From the NCBI GenBank assembly GCA_026003335.1, contig BPHB01000003.1, positions 129,013 to 193,012 on the forward strand: a DNA stretch of 64,000 bases, written 5' to 3'. A program made the translations under genes and the position numbers. This document shows positions 1 through 10,400 of the stretch, piece after piece. The notes under the pieces are model-generated. The model had not been told where the DNA came from. It searched no databases and saw only the letters and a list, made by a program, of their open reading frames with translations. Numbering within the stretch: the first letter of the stretch is position 1; each line of letters begins with the position of its first letter. Source of the DNA: Chitinophagales bacterium (GTDB lineage Bacteria > Bacteroidota > Bacteroidia > Chitinophagales > CAIOSU01).

Positions 1-4
1 CCGT

Positions 5-769
5 TTAATCAGGGCCATCAGCCAGCCGGAAGGCTTGTTTGATATTATTGGCTACCACCAGAGCCAGCAAAGGGTTTTCAAACGTGGTTGTGTAATGATC
101 AGTGCGCAGATCAATTCCTTTAAGGAGCCGGATGAAATCAAATTCAACAGAGATAATCACGTGAGAGGATCCGGTAATTTCAAAACTTCGGTTGATGTGG
201 ATGGTGCGCAGCAGATTATCGCTGCCTGCGGTAAATTCAAAAGCAACGTCTGGTATTGCATCCGGGAGGTATGAAGTGTCAGCCATTCCTGTTGTTTTAA
301 AAAAAATATAGCCTTTAGCTGTATTGCCGTAGTGCATATTGTGATAGGAAGAAAGAAGGGATGTGTCTGCATATTGCGAAGGGTCAGCGTGATTAAGGGA
401 GGGATTGAGGCCGATGTCAAATTTTAGCCCTGAATAGTTTCCTGCAGGTGTAGCATCTACATACATGCGGCTACGTGTAAGGTTTTTGGCAAGAAGCACG
501 GTTCCTACAGAAACTTCTGAACTGTCCTGTTGTCTTATAAGACGGATGTTGGAGATATAGAAAGAAAGCTGGGAAACCGAAAACGACCGGTTGAAAAGAT
601 CTCTATAGGTTTTACCATATTCCAGAGGCTCATCATCCACCGTGGCGGAAAGTTCAAGGTAGAGGTGAAAACCGGAATCACCGGGAGGTATAACGGTATC
701 TTCACTACAGCCGAAAAGCGTGACTGCTATAAGTACAAAATTTAGCCACCTCCGGATGCTGAAGATCAT
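5..769 (-). CDS. putative lipoprotein, MbnP-like family candidate
   Basis: The ORF track gives 5..784 with a TTG start. The first ATG, at 769, gives MIFSIRRWLNFVLIAVTLFGC-SED, a lipoprotein-type signal. The beta-rich body (FSVSQLSFYISNIRLI, GLKFDIGLNP) recalls MbnP-family periplasmic proteins. The family call is from memory only. Confidence 0.4.
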   Translation of the reverse strand: MIFSIRRWLNFVLIAVTLFGCSEDTVIPPGDSGFHLYLELSATVDDEPLEYGKTYRDLFNRSFSVSQLSFYISNIRLIRQQDSSEVSVGTVLLAKNLTRSRMYVDATPAGNYSGLKFDIGLNPSLNHADPSQYADTSLLSSYHNMHYGNTAKGYIFFKTTGMADTSYLPDAIPDVAFEFTAGSDNLLRTIHINRSFEITGSSHVIISVEFDFIRLLKGIDLRTDHYTTTFENPLLALVVANNIKQAFRLADGPD

Positions 770-776
770 ACACGGC

Positions 777-1715
777 TCATGCAATGACGGCCATTTTATC
801 CAATACGTCCATCACTTCTCTTACGGAAGCAGCGGACTGGCGGAGCAGGGCCATTTCACTTTCATTCAGCTGCAATTCAATGACCTGTTCAATACCGTTT
901 CTGCCCAGCTTAACCGGCACTCCCAGGTAGATGTCTTTTAGTCCATATTCCCCATTGAGGAGAGCACAGCAGGGATAAATTCTTTTTTCATCCTTCACGA
1001 TAGACTCTACCATTTGTGCAGCAGCGGCTCCCGGGGCATACCATGCTGAAGTGCCCATGAGCTTAACCAGCTCTCCGCCACCGACTTTGGTTCGTTCAAT
1101 GATGGCATTCAGGCGGTCGGGTTTGACCAGTTCAGTAACCGGAATGCCTGAAACGGTAGTATAGCGTGGCAGGGGTACCATCGTGTCTCCATGACCACCC
1201 AGTAGCATAGCCTGAATGTCTTTTGGTGAGCAGTTCAGCTCTTCAGCAAGAAAAGCTTTATAACGAGCCGTATCCAGAATGCCTGCCATGCCAAATACGC
1301 GCCTGGATTCAAATTTGGATGTCAGATAAGCGCAATAGGTCATTACATCAAGGGGATTGGAAACGACTATGATGATGCAGTTGGGGGAGTGTTTGACAAC
1401 ATTTTCGGTAACAGTTTTCACAATGCCTGCATTGGTGGAAATGAGGTCATCGCGGCTCATGCCGGGCTTGCGAGGCATTCCGGAGGTTATCACCACCACA
1501 TCCGAGCCGGCAGTGGGGGCATAATCATTGGTTACCCCGCGCACACGGGTGCTGTAAAGATTTATAGGGGCTGTTTGCCAGATATCAAGTGCTTTTCCTT
1601 CGGCAATACCTTCTTTGATGTCCAGCAGAATGATTTCCTGCACAATATCATAATGTGCCAGTACATTTGCTACGGTGGCGCCTACATTTCCTGCGCCAAT
1701 CACGGATACTTTCAT
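777..1715 (-). CDS. mdh: malate dehydrogenase (LDH-like, NAD-dependent)
   Basis: 312 aa. N-terminal Rossmann motif MKVSVIGAGNVGATVA, plus GMPRKPGMSRDDL and GGHGDTMVP motifs typical of LDH-like MDH. Confidence 0.95.
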   Translation of the reverse strand: MKVSVIGAGNVGATVANVLAHYDIVQEIILLDIKEGIAEGKALDIWQTAPINLYSTRVRGVTNDYAPTAGSDVVVITSGMPRKPGMSRDDLISTNAGIVKTVTENVVKHSPNCIIIVVSNPLDVMTYCAYLTSKFESRRVFGMAGILDTARYKAFLAEELNCSPKDIQAMLLGGHGDTMVPLPRYTTVSGIPVTELVKPDRLNAIIERTKVGGGELVKLMGTSAWYAPGAAAAQMVESIVKDEKRIYPCCALLNGEYGLKDIYLGVPVKLGRNGIEQVIELQLNESEMALLRQSAASVREVMDVLDKMAVIA

Positions 1716-1793
1716 ACGTATTGTTTTTGGAGCTTAAAGTTATCAGTTAAAAATTTTTCTGCCAATTGTAGTTGCGTTCGGATAAAAATGTTT

Positions 1794-4742
1794 TTAATGT
1801 GTGGAAACATGTTCGGCTGCTTCCTGCGAGCTGTAGCTGTCAACGGGCGGACACGTACATACCAGATTCCGGTCACCGTAGGGGTTATTGACCCGGCTTA
1901 CCGGGGGCCAGAATTTATTGCTGCGTACAAAATCAAGCGGAAATGCTGCTTTTTGCCGGCTGTAGGGGTGGGTCCACTTGTCTGCGGTTACTTCATCCGC
2001 TGTATGGGGTGCATTTTTCAGCACATTGTCCTTTTCATCGGCTGAACGGTTTTCTATTTCCTGAATTTCTCTGCGGATATGAATAAGGGCATCGCAGAAG
2101 CGATCCAGTTCGTCTTTGCTTTCGCTCTCGGTAGGTTCAATCATCAGTGTGCCGGCAACGGGAAAAGATACCGTAGGTGCATGGAAACCGTAATCCATCA
2201 GGCGTTTAGCTACATCATCTACTTCAATGTTTGCCCGATATTTAAATTCCCGCAGGTCAATAATCAGTTCATGGGCCACCCGTCCGGTTTTGCCGGCATA
2301 CAACACTTTAAAGTGTTTTTCCAGTCGTGTTTTGATGTAGTTTGCATTCAGAATGGCATAACGCGAAGCATTGGTTATGCCCTCTTTTCCCAGCAGCCTA
2401 ATGTAGGCATAGGAGATAATGAGGATGCTGGCACTCCCCCAGGGAGCAGCCGAAACGGGAGTAATGGCTTTTGCACCTCCCGTTTTAACAAGAGGATGAC
2501 CAGGCAGATAGGGTGTCAGATGTGCGGCAACGCAGATGGGACCCATGCCAGGCCCTCCTCCTCCGTGAGGGATGCTGAACGTTTTGTGCAGATTGATATG
2601 ACATACATCTGCCCCTATGGAAGCGGGGCTCGTTAATCCAACCTGTGCATTCAGATTGGCTCCGTCCATATATACCTGGCCTCCGCAAGCGTGAATATAC
2701 GCACATACTTCACGGATATTTTCCTCAAAAACTCCATGTGTGCTGGGGTATGTGATCATCAGCACGCTCAGACGGTCTTTATAACGCTCGGCTTTTTCCT
2801 TCAGGTCAGCCAGATCAATATTTCCCATGGCATCGCATTTGACCACAACTACTTCCAATCCTGCCATGACGGCACTGGCGGGGTTGGTGCCATGGGCGGA
2901 TGAGGGTATGAGAGCCACATTGCGGTGTCCCTGACCGATATCATTCTGATAAGCCCTGATCACCATGAGGCCGGCATATTCGCCCTGGGCCCCGGAATTA
3001 GGTTGCAGGGATACCCCGCTGAAACGGGTAATCTCACGCAGGTAATTTTCCAGTTCACGGATAATCCGGGCATAGCCCTCAGCCTGTTCGGCGGGCACAA
3101 AGGGATGTATGTCGGCAAATTCACTCCAGCTAACAGGCATAAGCTGGGTAGCGGCATTCAGTTTCATAGTGCAGGAGCCCAGCGGTATCATGGAATGAGT
3201 CAGAGAAATGTCTTTGCGCTCAAGGGATTTGATATAGCGCATCATCTGGGTTTCAGAGTGATAGCTGTTGAAAACCGGATGAGTAAGAAAGGTACTCGTT
3301 CTTTGTAGTGCTGCCGGAATGGTTGAAGAGTAATTGGCAGTATCGGCTTCCAGGGGCAGGCGTTTGGCTTTTTTACGGGCACTAACAGCAAATACGTTGA
3401 CAATTTGCTCCAGGTCGGCAATCAGAACGGTTTCATCCAGTGCAATACCAATAAAGCCAGGGGCGTAGCGGAGGTTAATCCTGGCTTTCTCCGCTATTTG
3501 GCGAATTGCCTGTTGCTGCTGGTCTGTGGCAGCAATCTTTAATGTATCAAAATAGCTGGAGTTGAGTTGGCTATAGCCCAAATCTGTGAGCTCCTTTTCC
3601 AGGATGTTGGCCAGCAGGTGTATGCGGGAGGCTATCTTTTTCAGTCTGTGTGGGCCGTGATAGGCAGCATACATGCCGGCCATGATAGCCAGAAGAGCCT
3701 GAGCGGTGCAAATGTTGGAAGTAGCCTTTTCCCTTCGGATATGTTGTTCGCGGGTTTGCAGGGCCATGCGCAGAGCAGGTTTTTCCCGGCTGTCAATGGA
3801 AACGCCAATAATTCTGCCAGGCACAAGACGCTTGAATTCCTCTTTAACGGCAAAAAAGGCGGCATGGGGTCCGCCATAACCCAAAGGCACACCAAAGCGC
3901 TGTGCGCTGCCTACGGCAATGTCAGCTCCCAGTTCACCGGGTGGCTTGAGCAGAGTGAGGCTGAGCAGGTCTGCAGCCATCACCACGCTTACTCCGGCTG
4001 CGTGTGCCTCGGCTATCAAGCTGTGATAGTCGTTCACAGCACCGTCAGCATCCGGATATTGCAGCAACAATCCAAAAACCCCATGGGTAAATTCAAAAGC
4101 GGAGTAGTTGCCAATGTGTAATTGAATACCCAAAGGCAGCGCCCGTGTTTTAAGCACTTCAATAGTTTGCGGAAAGCATTTATCGGAAACCAGAAAAACC
4201 CGGGCATCGGCAGCTTTTTTCTGGCGGTTGTTATACAGCAATAGCATAGCTTCCGCAGCCGCAGTGGCTTCGTCCAGCAGTGATGCATTGGCCACGGGCA
4301 GACCTGTGAGGTCGCAAATCATGGTCTGGAAGTTGAGCAAGGCCTCCAGACGCCCCTGGGATATTTCAGCCTGATAGGGTGTGTACTGTGTATACCACCC
4401 CGGATTCTGAAAAATATTTCTCAGCAACACGGGTGGGGTGATGCAGTTGTAATAGCCCAGGCCTATATAGGATTTGTAGAGCCGGTTGAGGGCGGCAGTT
4501 TCCCGCAGTTCCCTTAAAAATTCATATTCACTGAGTGCATCAGGCAGGTTGAGCGGCTCCTTGAGGCGGATAGTTTCGGGAATGGTTTCCATGATGAGTG
4601 CATCCAGGCTTTCGGCATTCACCAGCCGGAGCATTTCCCTGGTTTCATGTGCCCGGGGACCGATATGTCTTTCTTCAAAAGAATCAGCAGAGTTGAGATG
4701 GATTGTCACCTGAAAAATTTTCGGCAAAGTTAAGGTTTGCAT
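1794..4742 (-). CDS. gcvP: glycine dehydrogenase (aminomethyl-transferring), glycine cleavage P protein
   Basis: 982 aa single-chain P protein. Motifs ERHIGP and [14 protein letters not shown], and a PLP-lysine region [16 protein letters not shown]. Confidence 0.95.
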   Translation of the reverse strand: MQTLTLPKIFQVTIHLNSADSFEERHIGPRAHETREMLRLVNAESLDALIMETIPETIRLKEPLNLPDALSEYEFLRELRETAALNRLYKSYIGLGYYNCITPPVLLRNIFQNPGWYTQYTPYQAEISQGRLEALLNFQTMICDLTGLPVANASLLDEATAAAEAMLLLYNNRQKKAADARVFLVSDKCFPQTIEVLKTRALPLGIQLHIGNYSAFEFTHGVFGLLLQYPDADGAVNDYHSLIAEAHAAGVSVVMAADLLSLTLLKPPGELGADIAVGSAQRFGVPLGYGGPHAAFFAVKEEFKRLVPGRIIGVSIDSREKPALRMALQTREQHIRREKATSNICTAQALLAIMAGMYAAYHGPHRLKKIASRIHLLANILEKELTDLGYSQLNSSYFDTLKIAATDQQQQAIRQIAEKARINLRYAPGFIGIALDETVLIADLEQIVNVFAVSARKKAKRLPLEADTANYSSTIPAALQRTSTFLTHPVFNSYHSETQMMRYIKSLERKDISLTHSMIPLGSCTMKLNAATQLMPVSWSEFADIHPFVPAEQAEGYARIIRELENYLREITRFSGVSLQPNSGAQGEYAGLMVIRAYQNDIGQGHRNVALIPSSAHGTNPASAVMAGLEVVVVKCDAMGNIDLADLKEKAERYKDRLSVLMITYPSTHGVFEENIREVCAYIHACGGQVYMDGANLNAQVGLTSPASIGADVCHINLHKTFSIPHGGGGPGMGPICVAAHLTPYLPGHPLVKTGGAKAITPVSAAPWGSASILIISYAYIRLLGKEGITNASRYAILNANYIKTRLEKHFKVLYAGKTGRVAHELIIDLREFKYRANIEVDDVAKRLMDYGFHAPTVSFPVAGTLMIEPTESESKDELDRFCDALIHIRREIQEIENRSADEKDNVLKNAPHTADEVTADKWTHPYSRQKAAFPLDFVRSNKFWPPVSRVNNPYGDRNLVCTCPPVDSYSSQEAAEHVSTH

Positions 4743-4864
4743 CTATAATGCATATAACAACTTACAGAGCTATCGCGCACCTCGGGTACGCAGCCTTTGC
4801 TTTGCACGTGCCCGGCAAAGTCACTTCAATTGGGTAACTTAGCAGCTCATCTTTTTTATTTAAA

Positions 4865-5485
4865 ATGAAGCAAGTCTTTCTATTGCTGTGTGTTTTGCCT
4901 GCTTTGCTTTTTGCGCAAAAGGATGAAGACAGGCTCATTCAGTTGTCGGGTCTGGTTTTGACCAGCGACAGCCTGATAGGCATACCTTATGCAACCATTA
5001 TTATAAAGCATGAGGGGAGGGGTACGCTATCCAACTATGATGGTTTCTTTTCTCTGGTTGTTCTTCCCGGTGATTCGGTAAAGTTTTCAGCGGTAGGTTT
5101 CCGTCCGGAAATAATTGCTATTCCGGATACTTTTTCCAGAAAAAAATATTCGGTCATACAGTTGCTCACGCAGGATACCATTTACCTTCCGGAAACTATT
5201 ATTTACCCTTGGCCTACCAAGGAAGAGTTTCGCAAGGCATTTTTGTCGCTGAATATTCCGGATGATGACCTGGAGCGGGCGAGAAAGAATCTGGAGCGTG
5301 AGCGGCTCAAGGAGATAGGTAGCGTGATGGCTATGGATGCCAATGAAGCAACGGATTATTATTTCCGCACCGAAGCGCAGAAATTTTATTATGCCGGCCA
5401 GATGCCTCCGCAAAATATATTCAATCCCTTTGCATGGGCACAATTTATTGAAGCCTGGAAGCGGGGCGACTTTAGGCGCAAGTAA
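4865..5485 (+). CDS. carboxypeptidase-regulatory-like domain protein (secreted)
   Basis: 206 aa. Signal peptide MKQVFLLLCVLPALLFAQ. CarboxypepD_reg-like segment LSGLVLTSDSLIGIPYATIIIKHEGRGTLSNYDGFFSL. Confidence 0.6.
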   Translation: MKQVFLLLCVLPALLFAQKDEDRLIQLSGLVLTSDSLIGIPYATIIIKHEGRGTLSNYDGFFSLVVLPGDSVKFSAVGFRPEIIAIPDTFSRKKYSVIQLLTQDTIYLPETIIYPWPTKEEFRKAFLSLNIPDDDLERARKNLERERLKEIGSVMAMDANEATDYYFRTEAQKFYYAGQMPPQNIFNPFAWAQFIEAWKRGDFRRK

Positions 5486-5572
5486 TGTATGAATTCACCG
5501 GTGTGGATTTTTTGTAACCGCTCTGAATACTTATCTATAAAATATTTGTATTTTGAGTAAAGGACATTTCAA

Positions 5573-7270
5573 ATGCGGACACGATATTTTCTTATTTGCT
5601 GCCTGAGTGGAATTTTTTCATCCTGTGTGCACCTGCAGGCGCAAATGATTCCGGACAACACTAAGCCGATTATTCAAGACCGTTTTACGGGCAACAAGGG
5701 TATTAGCCCGAATGCAAGAACCCGCACCTGTGACCCCGACACCGTGTTATACGCTTTGGCGAAAGCCTCTGCTTTGCGCGGGCTTACAATAAATAATGTT
5801 ACTTCTGCTCAGAGAGTAGCACAATGGTTCCCGGCCCCTCAGCCGGTGACTATCCATGGAGCTACTTTTTTTGCATGGCAAAACAATGGCACTCCCAATC
5901 CGGTTACCGTTACCTGTAAGGTCATACTGGCGGGTAACGACTCTTTACCCACTGGTCCAACAGTAGCTACTGCCACTGTGAGCGTGGATACAGTATTTGG
6001 AGGCGGGCAGCTGAGTGTATTGGAAAAAACGGTGGCTTTTAATCCTCCGGTGACAGTTTCTTTTCCTTATCTGATCACGGTGGAAAATGTATCTGCCAAC
6101 AGTATTGCAATTGTAACATCGGCTTATGATTCCACTGATGGCAAACAGGAATGGCTGGCCATGGCCAACATCGGAGGAACCTGGCTGCATTCCTACGATA
6201 TCAATGTGGGCGGTGCCATATTTGATGCCGACTTTTTGCTGCAGCCGGTGGTTTCCTATACCATACATGCAGATTTTGCTACAGATACCAATTGTATTCT
6301 GAACGGAGGAACCATACAGTTTACCAACCTCACTGCGGACCCTATTATTCAGAGCAAGTTTTACAACCAGTATATCTTTGATAATACCCCTCAGCTTATT
6401 TATGTATGGAATTTTGATGATGGCTCACCTCTACATCTTGTGTTTGATACCTCTCACTTTTTTGCTCCGGGACTGAATTATGAGGTTACCCTAACAGTGA
6501 ACGTGGCCGGATGGTCTGCATCCTGTCAGGACGTGAAAACGGAGAACATCAACCCTTCCACAGAAAGTAATTTTACATGGACACAAAACGGACTTACAGC
6601 GCAGTTCAGCAATCAGTCATCCGGAAACGCATGGCTTTGGCTGTTTGGTGACGGGGATTCCAGTACCGACTTTGAACCTATCCATATCTATGCCGTGGAA
6701 GGCAACTATAATGTGGTACTCATTACTTATGGTACTTGCTATGCCGATACGGCAAAACAGCTCCTGCAGATGTGCAATCCTATCTCAAGCGATTTTACCT
6801 ATAGCAGCATAAATGACAGCGTATTTCAGTTTGTAGTGTCATCCATTACCGGAACGGGTTCTTATACATGGAATTTTGGTGATGGTAATGCCGGTTCCGG
6901 AGTTCAGGTAAACCACACCTACACAGCCCCGGGCAATTATACCGTATGCCTGAAAGTGACCAATGCCTGTACCTCAGATTCCACATGCAAAAACATAACC
7001 GTGAGTTTTCCTACAGGTGTGATCCGTTCTGTTCATTCCACCGCTACCATGTTAATACCGAATCCCGCAACTGGTTTTATCGTTGTGGAGGCAGCTTGTC
7101 CGGCTCAGGCACGCATTTTTAATCATTCGGGTAAAATAGTGCAGGAAACTTTTATGCATCCGGGTCGTGAAACGATAGACATAAGCCGGCTGCCTGCTGG
7201 GGTTTACTTTCTGCAGAGTGTGGGGTCCGGAGCCGCAGGTAAGCCTCATAGGTTTTGTGTTATCCGTTGA
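5573..7270 (+). CDS. PKD-repeat secreted protein with T9SS type-A C-terminal sorting domain
   Basis: 565 aa with a signal peptide. PKD-type motifs WNFDDGSP, WLFGDGDSS, WNFGDGNAG..YTVCLKVTN. C-terminal LIPNPATGFIVVEA...GVYFLQSV. Confidence 0.75.
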   Translation: MRTRYFLICCLSGIFSSCVHLQAQMIPDNTKPIIQDRFTGNKGISPNARTRTCDPDTVLYALAKASALRGLTINNVTSAQRVAQWFPAPQPVTIHGATFFAWQNNGTPNPVTVTCKVILAGNDSLPTGPTVATATVSVDTVFGGGQLSVLEKTVAFNPPVTVSFPYLITVENVSANSIAIVTSAYDSTDGKQEWLAMANIGGTWLHSYDINVGGAIFDADFLLQPVVSYTIHADFATDTNCILNGGTIQFTNLTADPIIQSKFYNQYIFDNTPQLIYVWNFDDGSPLHLVFDTSHFFAPGLNYEVTLTVNVAGWSASCQDVKTENINPSTESNFTWTQNGLTAQFSNQSSGNAWLWLFGDGDSSTDFEPIHIYAVEGNYNVVLITYGTCYADTAKQLLQMCNPISSDFTYSSINDSVFQFVVSSITGTGSYTWNFGDGNAGSGVQVNHTYTAPGNYTVCLKVTNACTSDSTCKNITVSFPTGVIRSVHSTATMLIPNPATGFIVVEAACPAQARIFNHSGKIVQETFMHPGRETIDISRLPAGVYFLQSVGSGAAGKPHRFCVIR

Positions 7271-7319
7271 GATAGGTTGTGTGTGGTTTGCAATCGGAGT
7301 CCGCTGGCGTCTGCAAAAT

Positions 7320-7341
7320 GTTGAAAATTTGTTGAAAATTT
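7320..7341. repeat. perfect 11-bp tandem direct repeat GTTGAAAATTT x2 in the intergenic region upstream of the 1560-aa gene
   Basis: Read directly: aaaatGTTGAAAATTTGTTGAAAATTTaatc. It lies about 100 nt upstream of the 7444 start. A regulatory role is inferred only. Confidence 0.85.
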
Positions 7342-7443
7342 AATCTGCTAATTTCCCGGAATTTCGTTTATGCCTTCTCCATTTCATTAAATTCGTGAGC
7401 CGCTGAAAGCGGTATTTTGTTTTAACCTCCAAAAGCATATCAT

Positions 7444-10400
7444 TTGCTATTGACCTGCAGCTTGGATTACGCCAAGTTTTATAGCTTTTACATTATTTGT
7501 TGCCTTTTACTATGGGGCGGACATGCATATTCTCAATGGAATCCGCATGCCGGAGTTGTGCCCTCTTTTGCTGCAGGCGCAACCGTCATCACCTCCTCAG
7601 GGGGCAATGGGGCATTAGCTATAGATGGCAACAACAATACAGCCTGGCAATCAGGGGGTGGTAATCCGGTTTTGCCAGTGGGCTACATCAGTCGGCCGGA
7701 TCTCAATATTCTGCTGGGTTTGGGTGCCACAGCACAGTACAGCAGTTCAGGTACAGTTGCTGCGGCCAAGACTACGGATGGCGACCTCAATACTGCGGCA
7801 CCCGTTAACCTGAGCTCCGGATCTGCCTGGGTCAGATACAGTTTTGCTGCACCCGTAAGCCTGCGTACGCTTACGGTCAAATGCGGATTAACCGCATCGG
7901 TCAACATCATTGCCTATCACCAGAATGGTGATTCTACGCTGATAGGAACTCTGGTGGCTCCTGCGGATAACTTTGCCATAAAAAAATTTACTCCCCTGCT
8001 GAGCAATGTTACTGCACTCAGGATGGTTTCTGCTGCTCAGCTTAGTGTTTTTGAGGTAGCAGCCATGAGCGGCTATCCGACAGAATATCTCATAGTGGAT
8101 TTAGGGCAGACCCGTCAGGTAGGATTTATTGAAACGCGTCATTGGTCTGACGGTAACGCCCGGAGCACAGCCATCTACCTAAGCAATGATTTCATCAACT
8201 GGACACTTGCAGGCTCTACCAATCCGGATGCTCTGTTGAGTATTATCACGCGTCCACCAACTCCGGTCAACGCGCGCTATGTAAAAATTGAACATACCCT
8301 TCATGAGGTAGATTACGCCAAGGGATATGTTTGGGAAGTGAAGATATATGACAAAAACGGACCGTTCGGGCCTTTTCCGGCTGCACGACCACATACTTCC
8401 TCTGTCCGCGATATTCTGGGTATAAATGGCATCTGGGGTTGGGGACACAATATGTTTACCAATTCTATTCCGCTGGGGCAAGGGGCTTCCCGTTTTAATC
8501 AAATTGCTACCCATGCACGCAATTATCATAACATGCACTGGGATGTAGATGACCCGGATGACATCCCCGATTATGCAAACATGCCATTTGGCTTAGCCGT
8601 GTGGTGGCTGGATTGGGATCGCGAATATCTGGCGTGGAATAACTACGGACTTAAAGTGCAGGCCAGCATTCAATTTAATGAATGGATTCCCCAAACCCGC
8701 ATGATTAAATGGGATGATCCCTACGGAGCCGCATACAATTACGGCTATGCCTTTGCCCGTCACTTTGGACCCACCTACGGAAACGGCTTGGTGGAAATTA
8801 TGGAAATTGGCAATGAGCCATGGACCTATCCGGCTTCTTTTTACCTGACCGTGTTTGAAGGTATGCTGCGCGGAGCCAAAGATGCTGACCCTAATATGAA
8901 GGTTCTGCCCTGTGCCTTACAGTCTCACGATCCGGGTGCTGAAAATGCAGTCGGTGGCAACTACATGGGCGCACGTCTTACACCTGCTCTGGCTGCTATG
9001 GTAGACGGCATTAATGTGCATCATTACAGCTACACTACCGATCAAAACGGGACACGCATAGCGGTACATCCTGAACATCCGGAATCTGAAATGCGCCACA
9101 TCGTCAATGATATCCGCTTCAGAGATGCCAACATGCCGGGTAAAAAAATTTATTTATCGGAATGGGGGTGGGACAGCGAAGGGGCAGGTGAGGGATGCAC
9201 CTTTGGCGAGTGCGTTTCAGAGTATGAACAAGCCGTGTATGCTGTGCGGGGGGCAATGATGTTTATGCGCCTGGGGATTGATCGCATCACCTGGTATTTT
9301 TACGGCAATCAGGCAAGCGGCAATATTTACAGCCGTTCAGGGCTGGAAGGAAATCCGCCCGACCACCTGGAAAAGAGGGCATACAAATCTTTCCGCTCGT
9401 TTGTCCACCTGCTGGGGGATAAGCGCTTTCTGGATGTATTGCATGAAGACGAGACTGCGTGGATTTATCTTTTCGGAGATGCAAGCAATCATCCTACGCA
9501 TTTGGTTGCCTGGCGTCCGATAGAAGGCGATGACCTCTCCACCCTGCAGTATAATCTGCCGACCAGTCTGCTCCCCGATTCGGCATGGATCATCTCGGGT
9601 TTGAACTACACCGGTGAAGCAGCGCCCCTGCCGCCTTACCAGTCAGGCACCATGCAGCTGACGCTCCGTTCTGCACCACTGGTGGTGAAAGTAACAGTGC
9701 CGCCTGCAACGGTGTATACATGGAGCGGCCACAGCTCCGATGAGTGGAATAACCCGTTGAACTGGTACAACTATTCCGTGCCAGGTCCGGGGGCACAGGT
9801 AATCATTCCGGGAGGCAGGCCGCACTATCCGGCCGCATACACTGCTCCTGTGGAAGTAGGGCGGTTGGTGTTAGAATCGGGCAGTCAAATGACACTTGTG
9901 CCCGGCAGTAATCTTACGGTAACCGACTCCCTTATTCTGAACGGGGGAACTTTGATTACTGCTTCAGTAGGAGGACTTTCACCGGAATTACATATCAAAG
10001 GACATTTCGTGCAAAAATCCGGTGCCTTTCAGCCGGGCACGTCCAAAGTTGTTATTAATGGAAGCGGCAATCAGACTATTTCCGGTACACTGCGGTTTCA
10101 CCATCTTATGGTGGAAAGCGGATCATCATTGGAGTTGTCGGGGCCAGTCACTGTATCCGGTATCATCAGCGTGATGACAGGTGCAACCCTATATACCAAC
10201 GGGTTGCTCACCATTGAATCAGGAGGTTCGTTAATGCATGGACTGAACACCCCGGGAGGCCAGGAGGGAGCAGTTATTGGAGATATTGCTATCAGGCGCC
10301 AGGGTAGCACTTCCCCCCATAAATACAACTTCTGGTCTTCTCCCGTGCAACAGGCACAGGTGAGCATACTGGGCAGCACTCCATACTATTATCACCCTTC

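Noticed and set aside
1389-4713. Numerous 60-220 aa ORFs antisense to or out of frame with mdh and gcvP (e.g. 1389..2045, 2079..2636, 2925..3308, 3567..4121)
   Set aside because: They lie entirely inside two strongly supported housekeeping genes, have no recognisable motifs, and show biased low-complexity composition typical of shadow ORFs.
4743-4864. Possible glycine riboswitch in the gcvP leader
   Set aside because: I read the minus-strand leader and did not see the conserved glycine-aptamer core elements (GGAGAG...CACCG...CUCAGGCAA type). The spacer is also shared with a divergent gene. A covariance-model scan (Rfam RF00504) would be decisive.
7399-7423. Hairpin gCCGC-tgaaa-GCGGt followed by ATTTTGTTTT, a possible terminator of the 5573..7270 gene
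   Set aside because: The stem is only 4-5 bp, it lies 130 nt past the stop, and it overlaps the candidate promoter element of the next gene. Not confident.
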